In this document: piece by piece, positions 42,570-51,845 of the stretch
Layout of the letters: each line of letters begins with the position of its first letter
How positions within the stretch are numbered: the first letter of the stretch is position 1
Source: a virus
Length of the DNA stretch: 64,000 nt
Reading direction: 5' to 3' (one strand)
Virus record (IMG/VR): IMGVR_UViG_3300032893_000037
Span: 600 to 64,599 of that record
The notes under the pieces: model-generated
Databases searched by the model: none
Told to the model about the DNA's origin: nothing
Seen by the model: only the letters and a program-made list of their open reading frames with translations
Program-made: the position numbers and the translations under genes

Positions 42570-42926
42570 GTGGTTAAGCATGACGGCCAGCAACCGGCTC
42601 AGAAATTCGGGCCTTATGGCAAGAACTTCATAAGGGCGTGGCGGGAATTCAGAGGTATTGCCGCGCAGGGCGATCTTGCAGAGAAGGCCGGATTGGCGCG
42701 AGAGACAGTCAACCGTCTCGAAAGCGGAAAGCTCGCATATAAGCAGCGTTATCTCGTCTTGCTGGCGAAGGCGCTGGACTGTTCGCCAATGGCGCTCATC
42801 GAGGTCAATCCTTACGAACAGGCTACGATCTTTCAGATTTACGCCAAGCTGCCGGAGGTCAAAAAGCGCAAGGCGCTGCGGGCTTTACAAGCCCTTGCCT
42901 CCCGCAACAGCCCTTCCCTCGACTGA
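42570..42926 (+). CDS. CI-like XRE repressor
   Basis: IRAWREFRG...QGDLAEKAGLARETVNRLESGK; CCTAGGAGA RBS. Confidence 0.85.
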   Translation: MVKHDGQQPAQKFGPYGKNFIRAWREFRGIAAQGDLAEKAGLARETVNRLESGKLAYKQRYLVLLAKALDCSPMALIEVNPYEQATIFQIYAKLPEVKKRKALRALQALASRNSPSLD

Positions 42927-43027
42927 TTCGCGTTCCTGTGCATAAGGACGCATAGCCGTCCCTTTTTGGCGCCCATGACCGCACTCCGCCCTTGCGCGGG
43001 GTGTGCTGGTTTCGTAACTCGCGCCAC

Positions 43028-43267
43028 ATGGTGGACGCGCGACAACAGCAACACGAAAAGTGGCTTCGGCTCGTTTCCGAGCTTGATGCAGCGCGCAAGC
43101 GCTACTTTGCGCACATCCATCCGGGAAATCTGACCGACATCGAACTGCACTCGTGGGAGCACGAAGAGGAAGGGCTCTTCATGCTGATGCAGGCTGCGCA
43201 GATGCGCGTCGATGCCGAAGAGAAAGTCCAAAAACTTCTGGCGGAGGCCGCGCGTGCGGATGGCTGA
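43028..43267 (+). CDS. Hypothetical protein
   Basis: Coiled-coil ORF. Confidence 0.55.
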   Translation: MVDARQQQHEKWLRLVSELDAARKRYFAHIHPGNLTDIELHSWEHEEEGLFMLMQAAQMRVDAEEKVQKLLAEAARADG

Positions 43268-43457
43268 TGACGAACTGCTCAGTGCCAAACAGGTTTGTGC
43301 CTTCTTCGGGAGGATTCATCTCTCCACGCTGTATCGAGGGATGCGCCGTGGCGTTTATCCGTCCCCGATCCGCGTGGGGGAACGCTCAGTGCGCTGGCGC
43401 AAATCGGAATGCGAAGACGCGCTGCAACGGCTCGCATTGATGAAAGGCAAGCAATGA
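43260..43457 (+). CDS. AlpA-family regulator / excisionase
   Basis: LLSAKQVCAFFG..HLSTLYRGMRRGVYPSPIRVGERSVRW. Confidence 0.85.
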   Translation: MADDELLSAKQVCAFFGRIHLSTLYRGMRRGVYPSPIRVGERSVRWRKSECEDALQRLALMKGKQ

Positions 43458-43669
43458 CGGCGATGCGCACACTCATCAATCACGGCCACTTCCTCTGCAC
43501 CTTGGTGGTGTCGGAGCCGGGTTCCGGCACAGGCCCGTACAAGTCGCGGCCCATCGTGCGCCGGGCGCTGGTGCAGATGGTGCCGAACGGCACGATCCGC
43601 GTCATTCGCTCTTCGCTGATCTGGAGCGTCGATGAGATCGCGCACGCCATCAACCAGCTGCGGAGGTAA
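43454..43669 (+). CDS. Hypothetical protein
   Basis: ATGA coupling. Confidence 0.5.
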   Translation: MTAMRTLINHGHFLCTLVVSEPGSGTGPYKSRPIVRRALVQMVPNGTIRVIRSSLIWSVDEIAHAINQLRR

Positions 43670-43671
43670 CG

Positions 43672-43935
43672 ATGGACGACGAGATCGAAACCATTGGGCG
43701 CATCGAGGTCGCGTACTTCGTGCTGGAGCGCCGCGCCTTCGAATGGACGAAAGAGACGTACGTCCACGACGTGTGCCACACCCTGGAGGATGCGGTCGTT
43801 GCTGCCGAACGGCTGAAAACGAAATTCCCAACCCGGCACTTCGGCATCGCCATTCTGCACAGTGAAGCCCACCACGTTGCCAAGCCCGTGCAGATCGTAC
43901 GCGTGCTCGATACCCCGCCAGCGGGAGCCGCATGA
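43672..43935 (+). CDS. Hypothetical protein
   Basis: SD ggagg. Confidence 0.6.
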   Translation: MDDEIETIGRIEVAYFVLERRAFEWTKETYVHDVCHTLEDAVVAAERLKTKFPTRHFGIAILHSEAHHVAKPVQIVRVLDTPPAGAA

Positions 43936-44228
43936 CCGATCTCGTCAAAATGGCCTGTCCGACGTGCGGCATCCTGTTCGGGATTTCCCAAGAGCTGCAC
44001 GAAGCGGCTGAACGCATCCGGGACCGCGGCGATGTTGCGCCGCGCGTGATGTATTGCCCGGAAGGCCACCAGTGGCACCTCCGCCGTCCGGAAAAGGCCG
44101 CGGATGAAACGGCGATGCTCAAGCGCCGCGTCAAGGAACTGGAGCAGAAGCTAGAAGCCGCCGAGCGTGTGATCCGCGATCTGGGCGGCAACGTCACGGC
44201 CTTTCCGAAGAGCAAGGGGGCCGCATGA
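43932..44228 (+). CDS. Zn-finger/coiled-coil protein
   Basis: CPTC...CPEGH. Confidence 0.6.
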   Translation: MTDLVKMACPTCGILFGISQELHEAAERIRDRGDVAPRVMYCPEGHQWHLRRPEKAADETAMLKRRVKELEQKLEAAERVIRDLGGNVTAFPKSKGAA

Positions 44229-44619
44229 TATATGACGAAACGTTCGTGGCCCGGTTTTGGTCGAAAGTAGATCGCAGCGGCGACTGCTGGATTTGGACGG
44301 CAAGTCGGGCCAAGCGCGGGTATGGTCAGCTTCAGGCGCGCAAGATTCAGGCGAGGCCACTACAGGCTCACCCTGCGTTCGCCCGGCACACCTGTTTGTT
44401 GGCACGCGCGCCATCAACAACGCGGATAAAGCAGCAAAGGGACGTGGTTGCGCTGGGGAGCGCCATTACAACGCGATACTCACCGAGCACATTGCAAAGG
44501 AAATTCGGATGAGACACACGCCACGGACGGCAACCTACAAAGAGATTGCCAACGAATACGGCGTGGCGCCGGGCACTGTGTGCAGTCTTCTTTTGGGCAG
44601 AAGCTGGAGACACCTGTGA
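44225..44619 (+). pseudogene. HNH homing endonuclease with internal deletion and frameshift
   Basis: RFWSKVDRSGDCWIWT...LQAH in one frame; PCVRPAHLFVGT...NAILTE HTH tail in another; the usual RVSY...HxCDN segment is missing. Confidence 0.75.
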
Positions 44620-45524
44620 TCACCGCGGACGGCTTGTACTCACTGGACATAGACCTTTATCACACGCAAGCGTGCTGCGACGGCCCGTCCGTATCGTCGT
44701 CGTCATTGCGGGCGATCATGCACGGCTGTCCGCAGAAATGGTACGCGACAAGCGACCTCAATCCGGCGCGGATGAAGAAAAAGGAAACGGTGGCGCTGAA
44801 TTTCGGGCGCGCCGCTCATGCGCTCGTCCTGGGCGAGCCGGAATTCAAGTCGAAGTTCATCATCAGCCCGTACGCCGACTTCCGCACCAAGGAAGCGCAG
44901 CTCTGGCGCGACAGCCAGACCAAGCAGGTGGTGCGCATCGAAGAGATGGAAACGGTCAACGCCATGGCGAAGGCGCAGCGGGAGGCGCCGCAGGTAATGC
45001 GCGCCTTCAGCGAAGGCAAGCCGGAGATGTCGCTGATCTGGAAGGACCCGGAAACCGGCGTGTGGCTCAAGTCGCGGCCCGATTGGCTCCCGACGCACCC
45101 GGCGATCCGCTTCGCCTGCGAATACAAGACGTGCATCAGCATCGAGCCGCGGAAGCTGTCGAACGATGTTTTTAAGTACGGATACGAGATGCAAGCGGCG
45201 CTGGCGTTAGACGGCATTGCGACGGTGCTGGACGTAAAGCCGCTTGGGATGGCGCATGTCGTGCAGGAAAAGGACGTTCCCTATCTGTGCGACATGCGCC
45301 TCTTCACCACGGAGCAGATTGAGTTCGGGCGGATGCAGTACCGCAAGGCGCTGCACATCTTCGCGCGCTGTTTAGAGACCGGCATCTGGCCCGGCTACAC
45401 CACAGAGCCGCGCTACTTCGACACCCCGTGGTGGGTCACTAAGACGATGGAGAATTTTGATGACGACAACGGATACGCCGGAGCAGGATTCGATGACGAC
45501 ACCTCAGAAGGCGCCATCGACTAA
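44616..45524 (+). CDS. RecE/ExoVIII-like PD-(D/E)XK exonuclease
   Basis: SSSSLR..ALNFGRAAHALVL...LKSRPDWL...EYKT...YEMQAALALDG. Confidence 0.85.
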   Translation: MITADGLYSLDIDLYHTQACCDGPSVSSSSLRAIMHGCPQKWYATSDLNPARMKKKETVALNFGRAAHALVLGEPEFKSKFIISPYADFRTKEAQLWRDSQTKQVVRIEEMETVNAMAKAQREAPQVMRAFSEGKPEMSLIWKDPETGVWLKSRPDWLPTHPAIRFACEYKTCISIEPRKLSNDVFKYGYEMQAALALDGIATVLDVKPLGMAHVVQEKDVPYLCDMRLFTTEQIEFGRMQYRKALHIFARCLETGIWPGYTTEPRYFDTPWWVTKTMENFDDDNGYAGAGFDDDTSEGAID

Positions 45525-46494
45525 CCGCAATTCCGTTGCGCTCCAGCTCCGGCAAGGGCTGGAACAGATGCGACCGCAATTCCGCGTGTCGCTGCCGTCG
45601 CACATTCCGCCAGAGCGGTTTGAGCGGGTGGTCATGACCGCGATTGCGAAGGACCCGAACCTGCTCGTTGCGGATCGGCGCTCGCTTTACAACGAATGCC
45701 TGAAGGCGGCGAACGACGGGCTGCTTCCGGATGGCCGCGAAGGCGCGCTGGTCACGTTCAACGACCGCAGCGGCAAGAAAACAGTTCAATGGATGCCGAT
45801 GGTGTTCGGCCTGATTAAGAAGATCAGGCAGTCGGGCGAGATCAGTTCTATCGGGGCGCGCATCGTCTACCAGAAAGAGATCGATGCGGGCCGCTTCCGC
45901 TACGTGATCGAAGACGGCGAGCCAAAGATCAGCCACGAGCCGATGTTGTGGGGCGACCGCGGCGAAAAGGTTCTCGTCTACGCCTACGCCAAGTTCAAGG
46001 ACACCGGCTATGTCGAATATGAGCCGCTTCACAAACTGGATGTAATGAAGCGCAAGAACGTCAGCCGCGCCAAGAACTCCGGACCTTGGGCGGAGTGGGA
46101 AGAAGAGATGTGGAAAAAGACGGCGATCCGCGTTCTCGCAAAGCGGTTGCCGCTGTCCGCAGAAATCATGAAGACCATCGAACGTGAGGATGAGCCTACA
46201 GAGTTCGCGAGATTGAGAGACGCTGCCACGCAAGACGCGGACGTGGCGTTGGCGCAGCTGGGCGCGCCGGAGGATGCCCCACCCTCAGAGGGCGTGCCCA
46301 CTCCCAACGATGCCGGAGCCGGAATGTTAGGGCGACTTATTGACGACGTTCGCGACTTCTCATCGCGCGAAGACCTTGAGGACTTCGCCCTGCGCGGGCG
46401 GGAAATCATCAAGAGCCAAGAGTTTGACGATGAAGACCGGCTGATCGGCGAATTCAATGCCGCAGTGCTCAGCCGCATCAAAGAGCTGACTTAA
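45457..46494 (+). CDS. recT: RecT-family ssDNA annealing protein
   Basis: PPERFERVVMTAI..PNLL...GLLPDGREGALV...GPWAEWEEEMWKKTAIRVLAKRLPLS. Confidence 0.9.
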   Translation: MMTTTDTPEQDSMTTPQKAPSTNRNSVALQLRQGLEQMRPQFRVSLPSHIPPERFERVVMTAIAKDPNLLVADRRSLYNECLKAANDGLLPDGREGALVTFNDRSGKKTVQWMPMVFGLIKKIRQSGEISSIGARIVYQKEIDAGRFRYVIEDGEPKISHEPMLWGDRGEKVLVYAYAKFKDTGYVEYEPLHKLDVMKRKNVSRAKNSGPWAEWEEEMWKKTAIRVLAKRLPLSAEIMKTIEREDEPTEFARLRDAATQDADVALAQLGAPEDAPPSEGVPTPNDAGAGMLGRLIDDVRDFSSREDLEDFALRGREIIKSQEFDDEDRLIGEFNAAVLSRIKELT

Positions 46495-46585
46495 CCGGAG
46501 AGAGGGATAGATGACTGATTTTACCCACAGAACGAATCGTAGACTTTCTGAAAAAGCCCAGCCCGACCAAGGGGGTGGACAAAAG

Positions 46586-46615
46586 GTGTGCCCACCCCGT
46601 ACATTCCGTGTACAG
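46586..46615 (+). promoter_or_regulatory. Triple half-site GTGC-N7-GTAC-N7-GTAC
   Basis: gtGTGCccaccccGTACattccgtGTACag. Confidence 0.5.
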
Positions 46616-46639
46616 TCTCAACGCTCACACGGGCTTAGG

Positions 46640-46978
46640 GTGTCGGATTATCGGTTTCTGAAGGAAGAGAAAGACCCGATTATTGACTTGATAAGAGGGG
46701 AGGCTCAAGACTTCGACGGAGGTCTTACCACAGAGTTCTTGGAGAAGCTGGCGGACAAGGCGGGTGTATCACCGTCGACCCTGCGTAACTGGTTTTTCCA
46801 CGACACTCTAAGACCGCAACACTGCACAGTCCGCAAGGTGCTGGAGGCGCTGGACTGCAAGGTGAAAATCTTCCGTCGCTCAGACAATTCAGAAGTAAGG
46901 GGACCACGAAGCAATGCTAAAGCGCACGCCAATGAAAACCGCAGCAGAAGCAACGGGCGCGTCGCAGCCCACGCGTAA
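46640..46978 (+). CDS. XRE HTH protein
   Basis: KLADKAGVSPSTLRNWF; start uncertain (ORF opens at 46511). Confidence 0.65.
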   Translation: MSDYRFLKEEKDPIIDLIRGEAQDFDGGLTTEFLEKLADKAGVSPSTLRNWFFHDTLRPQHCTVRKVLEALDCKVKIFRRSDNSEVRGPRSNAKAHANENRSRSNGRVAAHA

Positions 46979-47477
46979 GTCGCAAAAGAAGAAGCCGGGC
47001 GCGGGAAAGGCCGGGCGCGCACAGCGGCCACTTCCGAATCTCGCTCCCGAAGTGACGCAGCTGATTGAAAAGCATGGCGGCAACCGTACGAAGGCCGCGG
47101 CGGCGATGGGCTACACGAGTCCGGGCGTGTTCATCCAGCTCAATGACGGGACGACGGCATATTCCGAAAAGATGAAGGAGCGCGTTGAGCGCGCCTTGCG
47201 GGACGAGCCGCCGCTTCCCATGCGCAGCAACCGCTGGGGCGGCGGCAAGCACAGCCACCTCGATGCTGGCAACCTTGGGCTCGCCATCGTCGTGGTCGCC
47301 AAAGACGATCTTGAAGACATCATGGACGCTGCCGGACCAATGCGCGGGAAGATCGTCCTGCGCATGAACCTGATCGGCGATGTGACCCTGTGTGTCTACG
47401 AGTTTGCCAACAAAACGATGATGCACCTGTTCCGGGAATTCGCGCTCGAAAAGGGCGCGGAAGCTCGCACGCCGTGA
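46914..47477 (+). CDS. Hypothetical protein with HTH-like segment
   Basis: GNRTKAAAAMGYTSPGVF. Confidence 0.6.
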   Translation: MLKRTPMKTAAEATGASQPTRKSQKKKPGAGKAGRAQRPLPNLAPEVTQLIEKHGGNRTKAAAAMGYTSPGVFIQLNDGTTAYSEKMKERVERALRDEPPLPMRSNRWGGGKHSHLDAGNLGLAIVVVAKDDLEDIMDAAGPMRGKIVLRMNLIGDVTLCVYEFANKTMMHLFREFALEKGAEARTP

Positions 47478-47827
47478 TGGCGCCACTCTTGGTGTTGGAC
47501 ACGGTGATGGTGAGCATCATCGCCGCGTCCATCCGCTTTTTGTACGCGGTCCACCAAGCCTCTCAGGACCGCATGAGTTTTCTGAGTGCAATCAACCACC
47601 GCCCAGTCACGGGTCCGGCGCTGGTCAAGATGTTCGACGCGGTGCCGTTCCGCCGACACGTCCGGGCGGTGTTCTTCTTTCGTGACCCTTGGCAGCTCTA
47701 CGACCAGCAAATCCGGGACGCGAGAAATAACCCAATCTCGGAGCTGCCGGTCGTGCAGATGGCAGAGATGGGGCCTGACATGCAGATGACGTTCATGCCC
47801 TTTGATCCAGCCGCGACGAAGCACTGA
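47477..47827 (+). CDS. Hypothetical protein
   Basis: TGATG coupling. Confidence 0.55.
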   Translation: MAPLLVLDTVMVSIIAASIRFLYAVHQASQDRMSFLSAINHRPVTGPALVKMFDAVPFRRHVRAVFFFRDPWQLYDQQIRDARNNPISELPVVQMAEMGPDMQMTFMPFDPAATKH

Positions 47828-48081
47828 TGACGAATCCGATCTACGGAAAAGAAATGTGGGCGTGGGTGTTTGACGATCCCATGGGGAAAGACGGCATTCC
47901 GTCCCAGCTGATGGACTTTGGGCTTCCAACGCAGGCGTGGCAACCGCTGATCACATCGAGGGAGCATCTGGCAAAAGGCCCGATGCGCGAGGCCGCCGAA
48001 GAGATGGCGAAAGCGCGCGGGCTCCGTATCGAACTACTGCACTACAAGCTCGACGGCGTGGTGGAAGCCATCGACCCATGA
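47827..48081 (+). CDS. Hypothetical protein
   Basis: Coupled ORF. Confidence 0.6.
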   Translation: MTNPIYGKEMWAWVFDDPMGKDGIPSQLMDFGLPTQAWQPLITSREHLAKGPMREAAEEMAKARGLRIELLHYKLDGVVEAIDP

Positions 48082-48293
48082 CTGAACGTTGCCGCGTCTA
48101 TCTGGTCGCAGAGATGCCCAGCGAGTTGCTGCAACAGTTTCTTCAGGCGCTCCGGGACTTCGATGCAGAGCATGGCGAAGTCTGTGCGGTTGGCGTCACC
48201 ACGGTGTCCGGGATGCCGGTCGAAGAGGTGGTGAGGGTTCTGGGCGACGTGAACCCGCCGATCCCGATCAACATTGTGAGCAAGAAGCACTGA
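48078..48293 (+). CDS. Hypothetical protein
   Basis: ATGA coupling. Confidence 0.55.
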   Translation: MTERCRVYLVAEMPSELLQQFLQALRDFDAEHGEVCAVGVTTVSGMPVEEVVRVLGDVNPPIPINIVSKKH

Positions 48294-48676
48294 TGCGCGT
48301 TCTGATTTTCGGCGGTCGTGACTTTCTCGATTGGCCGCTGCTGTTCGCCTTCATGGACGAAGAGGCAACGCACATTCCGATCACACGCGTGATCCAAGGC
48401 GGCGCGCGCGGCGCCGACACGGGCGGTGCCTTCTGGGCCTTCTGCCGCGGCATCCCGTACGAAACATTCGAGGCCGATTGGAAGCGCTTGGGGCCAAAAG
48501 CGGGGCCGCTTCGCAACCAACGTATGATCGATGAGGGTAAGCTGGACTATGCGGTGGGATTTCCCGGTGGCCGCGGCACGAACGACATGGCGAGACGGTT
48601 GGCCCGCGCTAAAATTAAATGGGCAGCTGTTGGCTGGATGCCAGACTTCATTCAGCAGATACCTACTCTGCTCTAA
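48293..48676 (+). CDS. SLOG-superfamily (YspA/DUF2493-like) protein
   Basis: MRVLIFGGRDF...VIQGGARGAD...AGPLRNQRM...VGFPGGRGTNDM. Confidence 0.8.
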   Translation: MRVLIFGGRDFLDWPLLFAFMDEEATHIPITRVIQGGARGADTGGAFWAFCRGIPYETFEADWKRLGPKAGPLRNQRMIDEGKLDYAVGFPGGRGTNDMARRLARAKIKWAAVGWMPDFIQQIPTLL

Positions 48677-48737
48677 AGCAAACGCCGGGGACATTTCTGT
48701 CACCCGGCGCTTCCCACCCCGAAACTCCCCTAAGACA

Positions 48738-49994
48738 TCAGGCCGCATTGGCGAGCGGGTGGGCTTCGTGGCCGACCAGTTTAGCAAGGAACTCACCCCA
48801 CTTGTCCAGCGCTGCCTTCTTCTCCGCGAGGTAGGTGTTCTTGTTGTAGATGCGGGCGGTGATGCTGGCCTTGGTGACGCTGATGTGGTTCAGGACGTGG
48901 CTGATGTGCAGCTCCGGGATCGCCAGCGCATTTTCCTCCAGCGACATCTGCGTGGCGACCGAGCGGCGCAGATCGTGCGGCGTCCAGTAAGGGATGCCGA
49001 ACTTGCCCATGGGCGCCTTGGCCGTCTTCTTCTGGGCGAGCTGGAGCGCCTTGTTGACGATGTGGTGCGACTGGCAGTCCTCGCCGCTGTCGTCGGGGAA
49101 CAGGAAGCGGCTGTTGGTTTTGCTCATGGCGTCGACCACCAGCTCCATGGCGAGCGCGTTGAGCGGCACCACATGCTCGCGCTTGTTCTTCACCCGCTCC
49201 GCGGGGATCGTCCAGATGCGGGCCTGAAGGTCGATCTCGTCCCGCGTCATGCCCAGCACTTCGCCCACCCGCTGCCCGGTCGCCAGACAGAGCTTCAGGA
49301 TCGTCACCAGAGACTTGGAGCGGGGGAAGACGTGCGGCAGCAGCGCCCACACGGTTTCGATCTCTGCGGTGCTCAGCCAGCGCTCCTTGGCGTTTTCCGG
49401 GGCGGGCTGGTCGGCGTTGGCGATGGGCGAGAACTGGATCGCACCGCGCTTGACCGCGAAGTTAAAGAGGCTGCGCAGATCGGAGAACACCCGGTTGGCT
49501 TGGATCGGCGCGCCGCGCTTCACGATGGGGTCCACGACCGCATTGAGATGTGGATCGATCCTGAACTTCGCGACCGGCACCGAGCCAACGATGGGCTTCA
49601 CGTTGGCGGTGAAGCGGCGAGTGATCTCATCGATGGTGCGACGGCCCTTGGGCTTCAGGCACATTTCCACCCAGTCGCCAAAGATGTCACTGACGGTCTT
49701 CTCCGCGAACTGGAGGCTGGTGGCGACGAGCGCCGGGTCCTCGCCCTTCTCGATGAGGCCCTTGCACTCCGTGGCCTTGATGCGCGCGTCGGCAAGGCTC
49801 AGGCCCGGATAGAGCCCGAGCGACATCCGCGAGCGCTTGCCGTCGACCGGCGACGTGTACGTGAAGCTCCACGTCTTGCGGCCCTTGTCCGTCACGCGGA
49901 TCGACAAGCCAGGGCAGAGCACGTCGAAATAATCCGTCTGCGCTGTCGCCGACTTCGCGGCGTCGATGAACTTGGGTGTGAGGCTGGTTTTCAT
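48738..49994 (-). CDS. int: Tyrosine integrase with N-terminal arm-binding domain
   Basis: ATGQRVGEV, WTPHDLRR, HVLNH, IYN; N-terminal GLSIRVT..GRKTW. Confidence 0.95.
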   Translation of the reverse strand: MKTSLTPKFIDAAKSATAQTDYFDVLCPGLSIRVTDKGRKTWSFTYTSPVDGKRSRMSLGLYPGLSLADARIKATECKGLIEKGEDPALVATSLQFAEKTVSDIFGDWVEMCLKPKGRRTIDEITRRFTANVKPIVGSVPVAKFRIDPHLNAVVDPIVKRGAPIQANRVFSDLRSLFNFAVKRGAIQFSPIANADQPAPENAKERWLSTAEIETVWALLPHVFPRSKSLVTILKLCLATGQRVGEVLGMTRDEIDLQARIWTIPAERVKNKREHVVPLNALAMELVVDAMSKTNSRFLFPDDSGEDCQSHHIVNKALQLAQKKTAKAPMGKFGIPYWTPHDLRRSVATQMSLEENALAIPELHISHVLNHISVTKASITARIYNKNTYLAEKKAALDKWGEFLAKLVGHEAHPLANAA

Positions 49995-50005
49995 GTCGGT
50001 TCTCC

Positions 50006-50287
50006 TAGGTGCGTGGTAGGTGCAAAAGGTGTGCGCTAGTACGCATACGCATCGATCTTTATGCGATGATTTGCGATAGCGTCTAAGGCCCCACCTTACT
50101 GCGTTTTCAACGGGTTATGCGCGGGATTGCGCGATAAGCTGTTGATATTGCAGCACCAAGGATGACTGCTTAGAAGTGATTTGTAAAGAGTTTTCCAAGC
50201 CAGCCGTTTGCAGCGAGAAAACAGGCACTTAGGTAGCGGCTGCGGAGGCGTCGATCCGCCATAGGTGCAGCATAGGTGCGGAGGTGC
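50006..50287. other. Putative attP (arm-type TAGGTGC repeats flanking a candidate core)
   Basis: TAGGTGC at 50006, 50017, 50262, 50273 (11-bp pairs), GAGGTGC at 50281; non-coding, next to int. Confidence 0.6.
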
Positions 50288-50325
50288 GGTTTGCCCGCCT
50301 GTGCCCCCTATGGCACAAGGGGCAC

Positions 50326-50400
50326 GAGCCCATAGCTCAACGGATAGAGCACCGCACTTCTAATGCGGGTATGCCGGTTCGATTCCGGCTGGGCTTGCCA
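50326..50400 (+). tRNA. tRNA-Arg(TCT)
   Basis: Cloverleaf, loop CTTCTAA, CCA. Confidence 0.9.
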
Positions 50401-50405
50401 CGATC

Positions 50406-50672
50406 ATGGAGGACGCTGTGAGCGGGACGGAAGCCTTTCTGGAATTGGATGACAAGAAGCTTGCCCAGCTGTTTCGAGATTTCTGTCGCACCGTCGCGGA
50501 GGCCGCTGGCACCAACCGCTTTCACGTCGTGATGGCCTTCTACACCACGGAAGGCTGCACCTCGATTTGCACAAGTGGGGACAAGATGACCGACCTCGCG
50601 ATCTTGGAGCGCATCATGACCGACATCATGAACGGCGCGGGCGAGCGCGATGTCGGGCCGCTCGATGGTTGA
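50406..50672 (+). CDS. Hypothetical protein
   Basis: 88-aa ORF. Confidence 0.5.
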   Translation: MEDAVSGTEAFLELDDKKLAQLFRDFCRTVAEAAGTNRFHVVMAFYTTEGCTSICTSGDKMTDLAILERIMTDIMNGAGERDVGPLDG

Positions 50673-50747
50673 TGGTTCCCCGTCGTGGTTTCGAACCACG
50701 CTGGCCGGTTTCAAGGACCGGCGACCTCACCAGAAGTCGAACGGGGA
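50673..50747 (-). tRNA. tRNA-Gln(TTG), atypical (C33, Glu-like D arm)
   Basis: Loop CCTTGAA, T1-A72, CCA. Confidence 0.7.
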
Positions 50748-50748
50748 A

Positions 50749-50824
50749 TGGTCCACCCTGCGGGACTTGAACCCAGCTCCTGCGATTTGAAAGACCGCTG
50801 ACCTAACCCATGGTCGAAGGGTGG
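50749..50824 (-). tRNA. tRNA-Glu(TTC)
   Basis: Loop CTTTCAA, CCA. Confidence 0.85.
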
Positions 50825-50825
50825 G

Positions 50826-50901
50826 TGGCACGAGTGCTCGGAATCGAACCGAGGTTTGCGGTTTTGGAGACCGCCGTCGTGAGCCTCTGGACCACACTCG
50901 T
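50826..50901 (-). tRNA. tRNA-Trp(CCA)
   Basis: Loop CTCCAAA. Confidence 0.9.
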
Positions 50902-50903
50902 AT

Positions 50904-50977
50904 TGGAGCGGGTGACGGGAATCGAACCCGTGTCGTCGGTTTGGAAGACCGAAGCTCTACCCCTGAGCTACGCCCGC
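50904..50977 (-). tRNA. tRNA-Gly(TCC)
   Basis: Loop CTTCCAA. Confidence 0.9.
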
Positions 50978-50981
50978 AAGC

Positions 50982-51055
50982 TGGAGCGGATGAGCGGGAT
51001 CGAACCGCCGTACTCGCATTGGCAACGCGATGCTCTGCCATTGAGCTACATCCGC
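50982..51055 (-). tRNA. tRNA-Gly(GCC)
   Basis: Loop TTGCCAA. Confidence 0.9.
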
Positions 51056-51056
51056 T

Positions 51057-51131
51057 TGGAGAGGCGAGCCGGGATCGAACCGGCTCTTGGCGGTTTTGCA
51101 GACCGCAGCGTTCCCATTTCGCCATCGCCTC
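51057..51131 (-). tRNA. tRNA-Cys(GCA)
   Basis: Loop CTGCAAA, U73. Confidence 0.9.
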
Positions 51132-51138
51132 AGTGAAC

Positions 51139-51212
51139 TGGATCAGGGACACGGATTCGAACCGCGATTGCCGCATTCAGAGTGCGGAGTCTTACCGTTG
51201 GACGATCCCTGA
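51139..51212 (-). tRNA. tRNA-Gln(CTG)
   Basis: Loop CTCTGAA, T1-A72. Confidence 0.9.
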
Positions 51213-51213
51213 G

Positions 51214-51288
51214 TGGTGCCGAAGCGTGGAATTGAACCACGTACGCCCGCAGCTTCAGTGCGGCGCTCTACCGATGAGCTACAACGGC
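51214..51288 (-). tRNA. tRNA-Phe(GAA)
   Basis: Loop CTGAAGC. Confidence 0.85.
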
Positions 51289-51366
51289 AGGGAGAACGAG
51301 TGCTGGCTTAGCGCCAACAACCTCGCCCGGTTTCAGGAAATCGTTGCTGTCGATTGAGCGCGCGAA

Positions 51367-51441
51367 TGGCTGCGTAGGTCGGATTCGAACCGACATACTG
51401 CTCGTTAACAGCGAGTTCGCTTACCTGTCGCGCACTACGCA
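51367..51441 (-). tRNA. tRNA-Asn(GTT)
   Basis: Loop CTGTTAA, T1-A72. Confidence 0.85.
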
Positions 51442-51662
51442 TTGAGCCTTCCCATTCGCTGGTGTGTGTGCCGCTGACTACCAACCCCGCTCCAGTACAT
51501 CCGTGTTTGCGAGATCGGCGCAGCGGCCAACGACGGCTTTGTGCCGGAGCCGCGCCAGCGAGTCAAGCGACTCGACTCCAGCCCGCTGTGCTCCTATATG
51601 CACACCCTCACCCGCCGCGGAGGTCAGCCATGACATAGGAAACCTGACAATGAGGACCAGTC

Positions 51663-51845
51663 ATGGCTGGCAATCCTACCCGCAAGGGCGGACGCAAGAA
51701 CCGTAAGCATGGACGCTTCAAGCTGAAGTGCGCGGCATATGCGAGCAGTCACCGCCAAGAGAAGAACAAGAAGCGCAAGCTCCTTCGCCATCTCAAAAAA
51801 CACCCCAACGACAACCAAGCAGAGAGCGCCGTCAAGGCGCTCTAA
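51663..51845 (+). CDS. 60-aa highly basic protein
   Basis: SD gagga; Lys/Arg/His-rich. Confidence 0.55.
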   Translation: MAGNPTRKGGRKNRKHGRFKLKCAAYASSHRQEKNKKRKLLRHLKKHPNDNQAESAVKAL

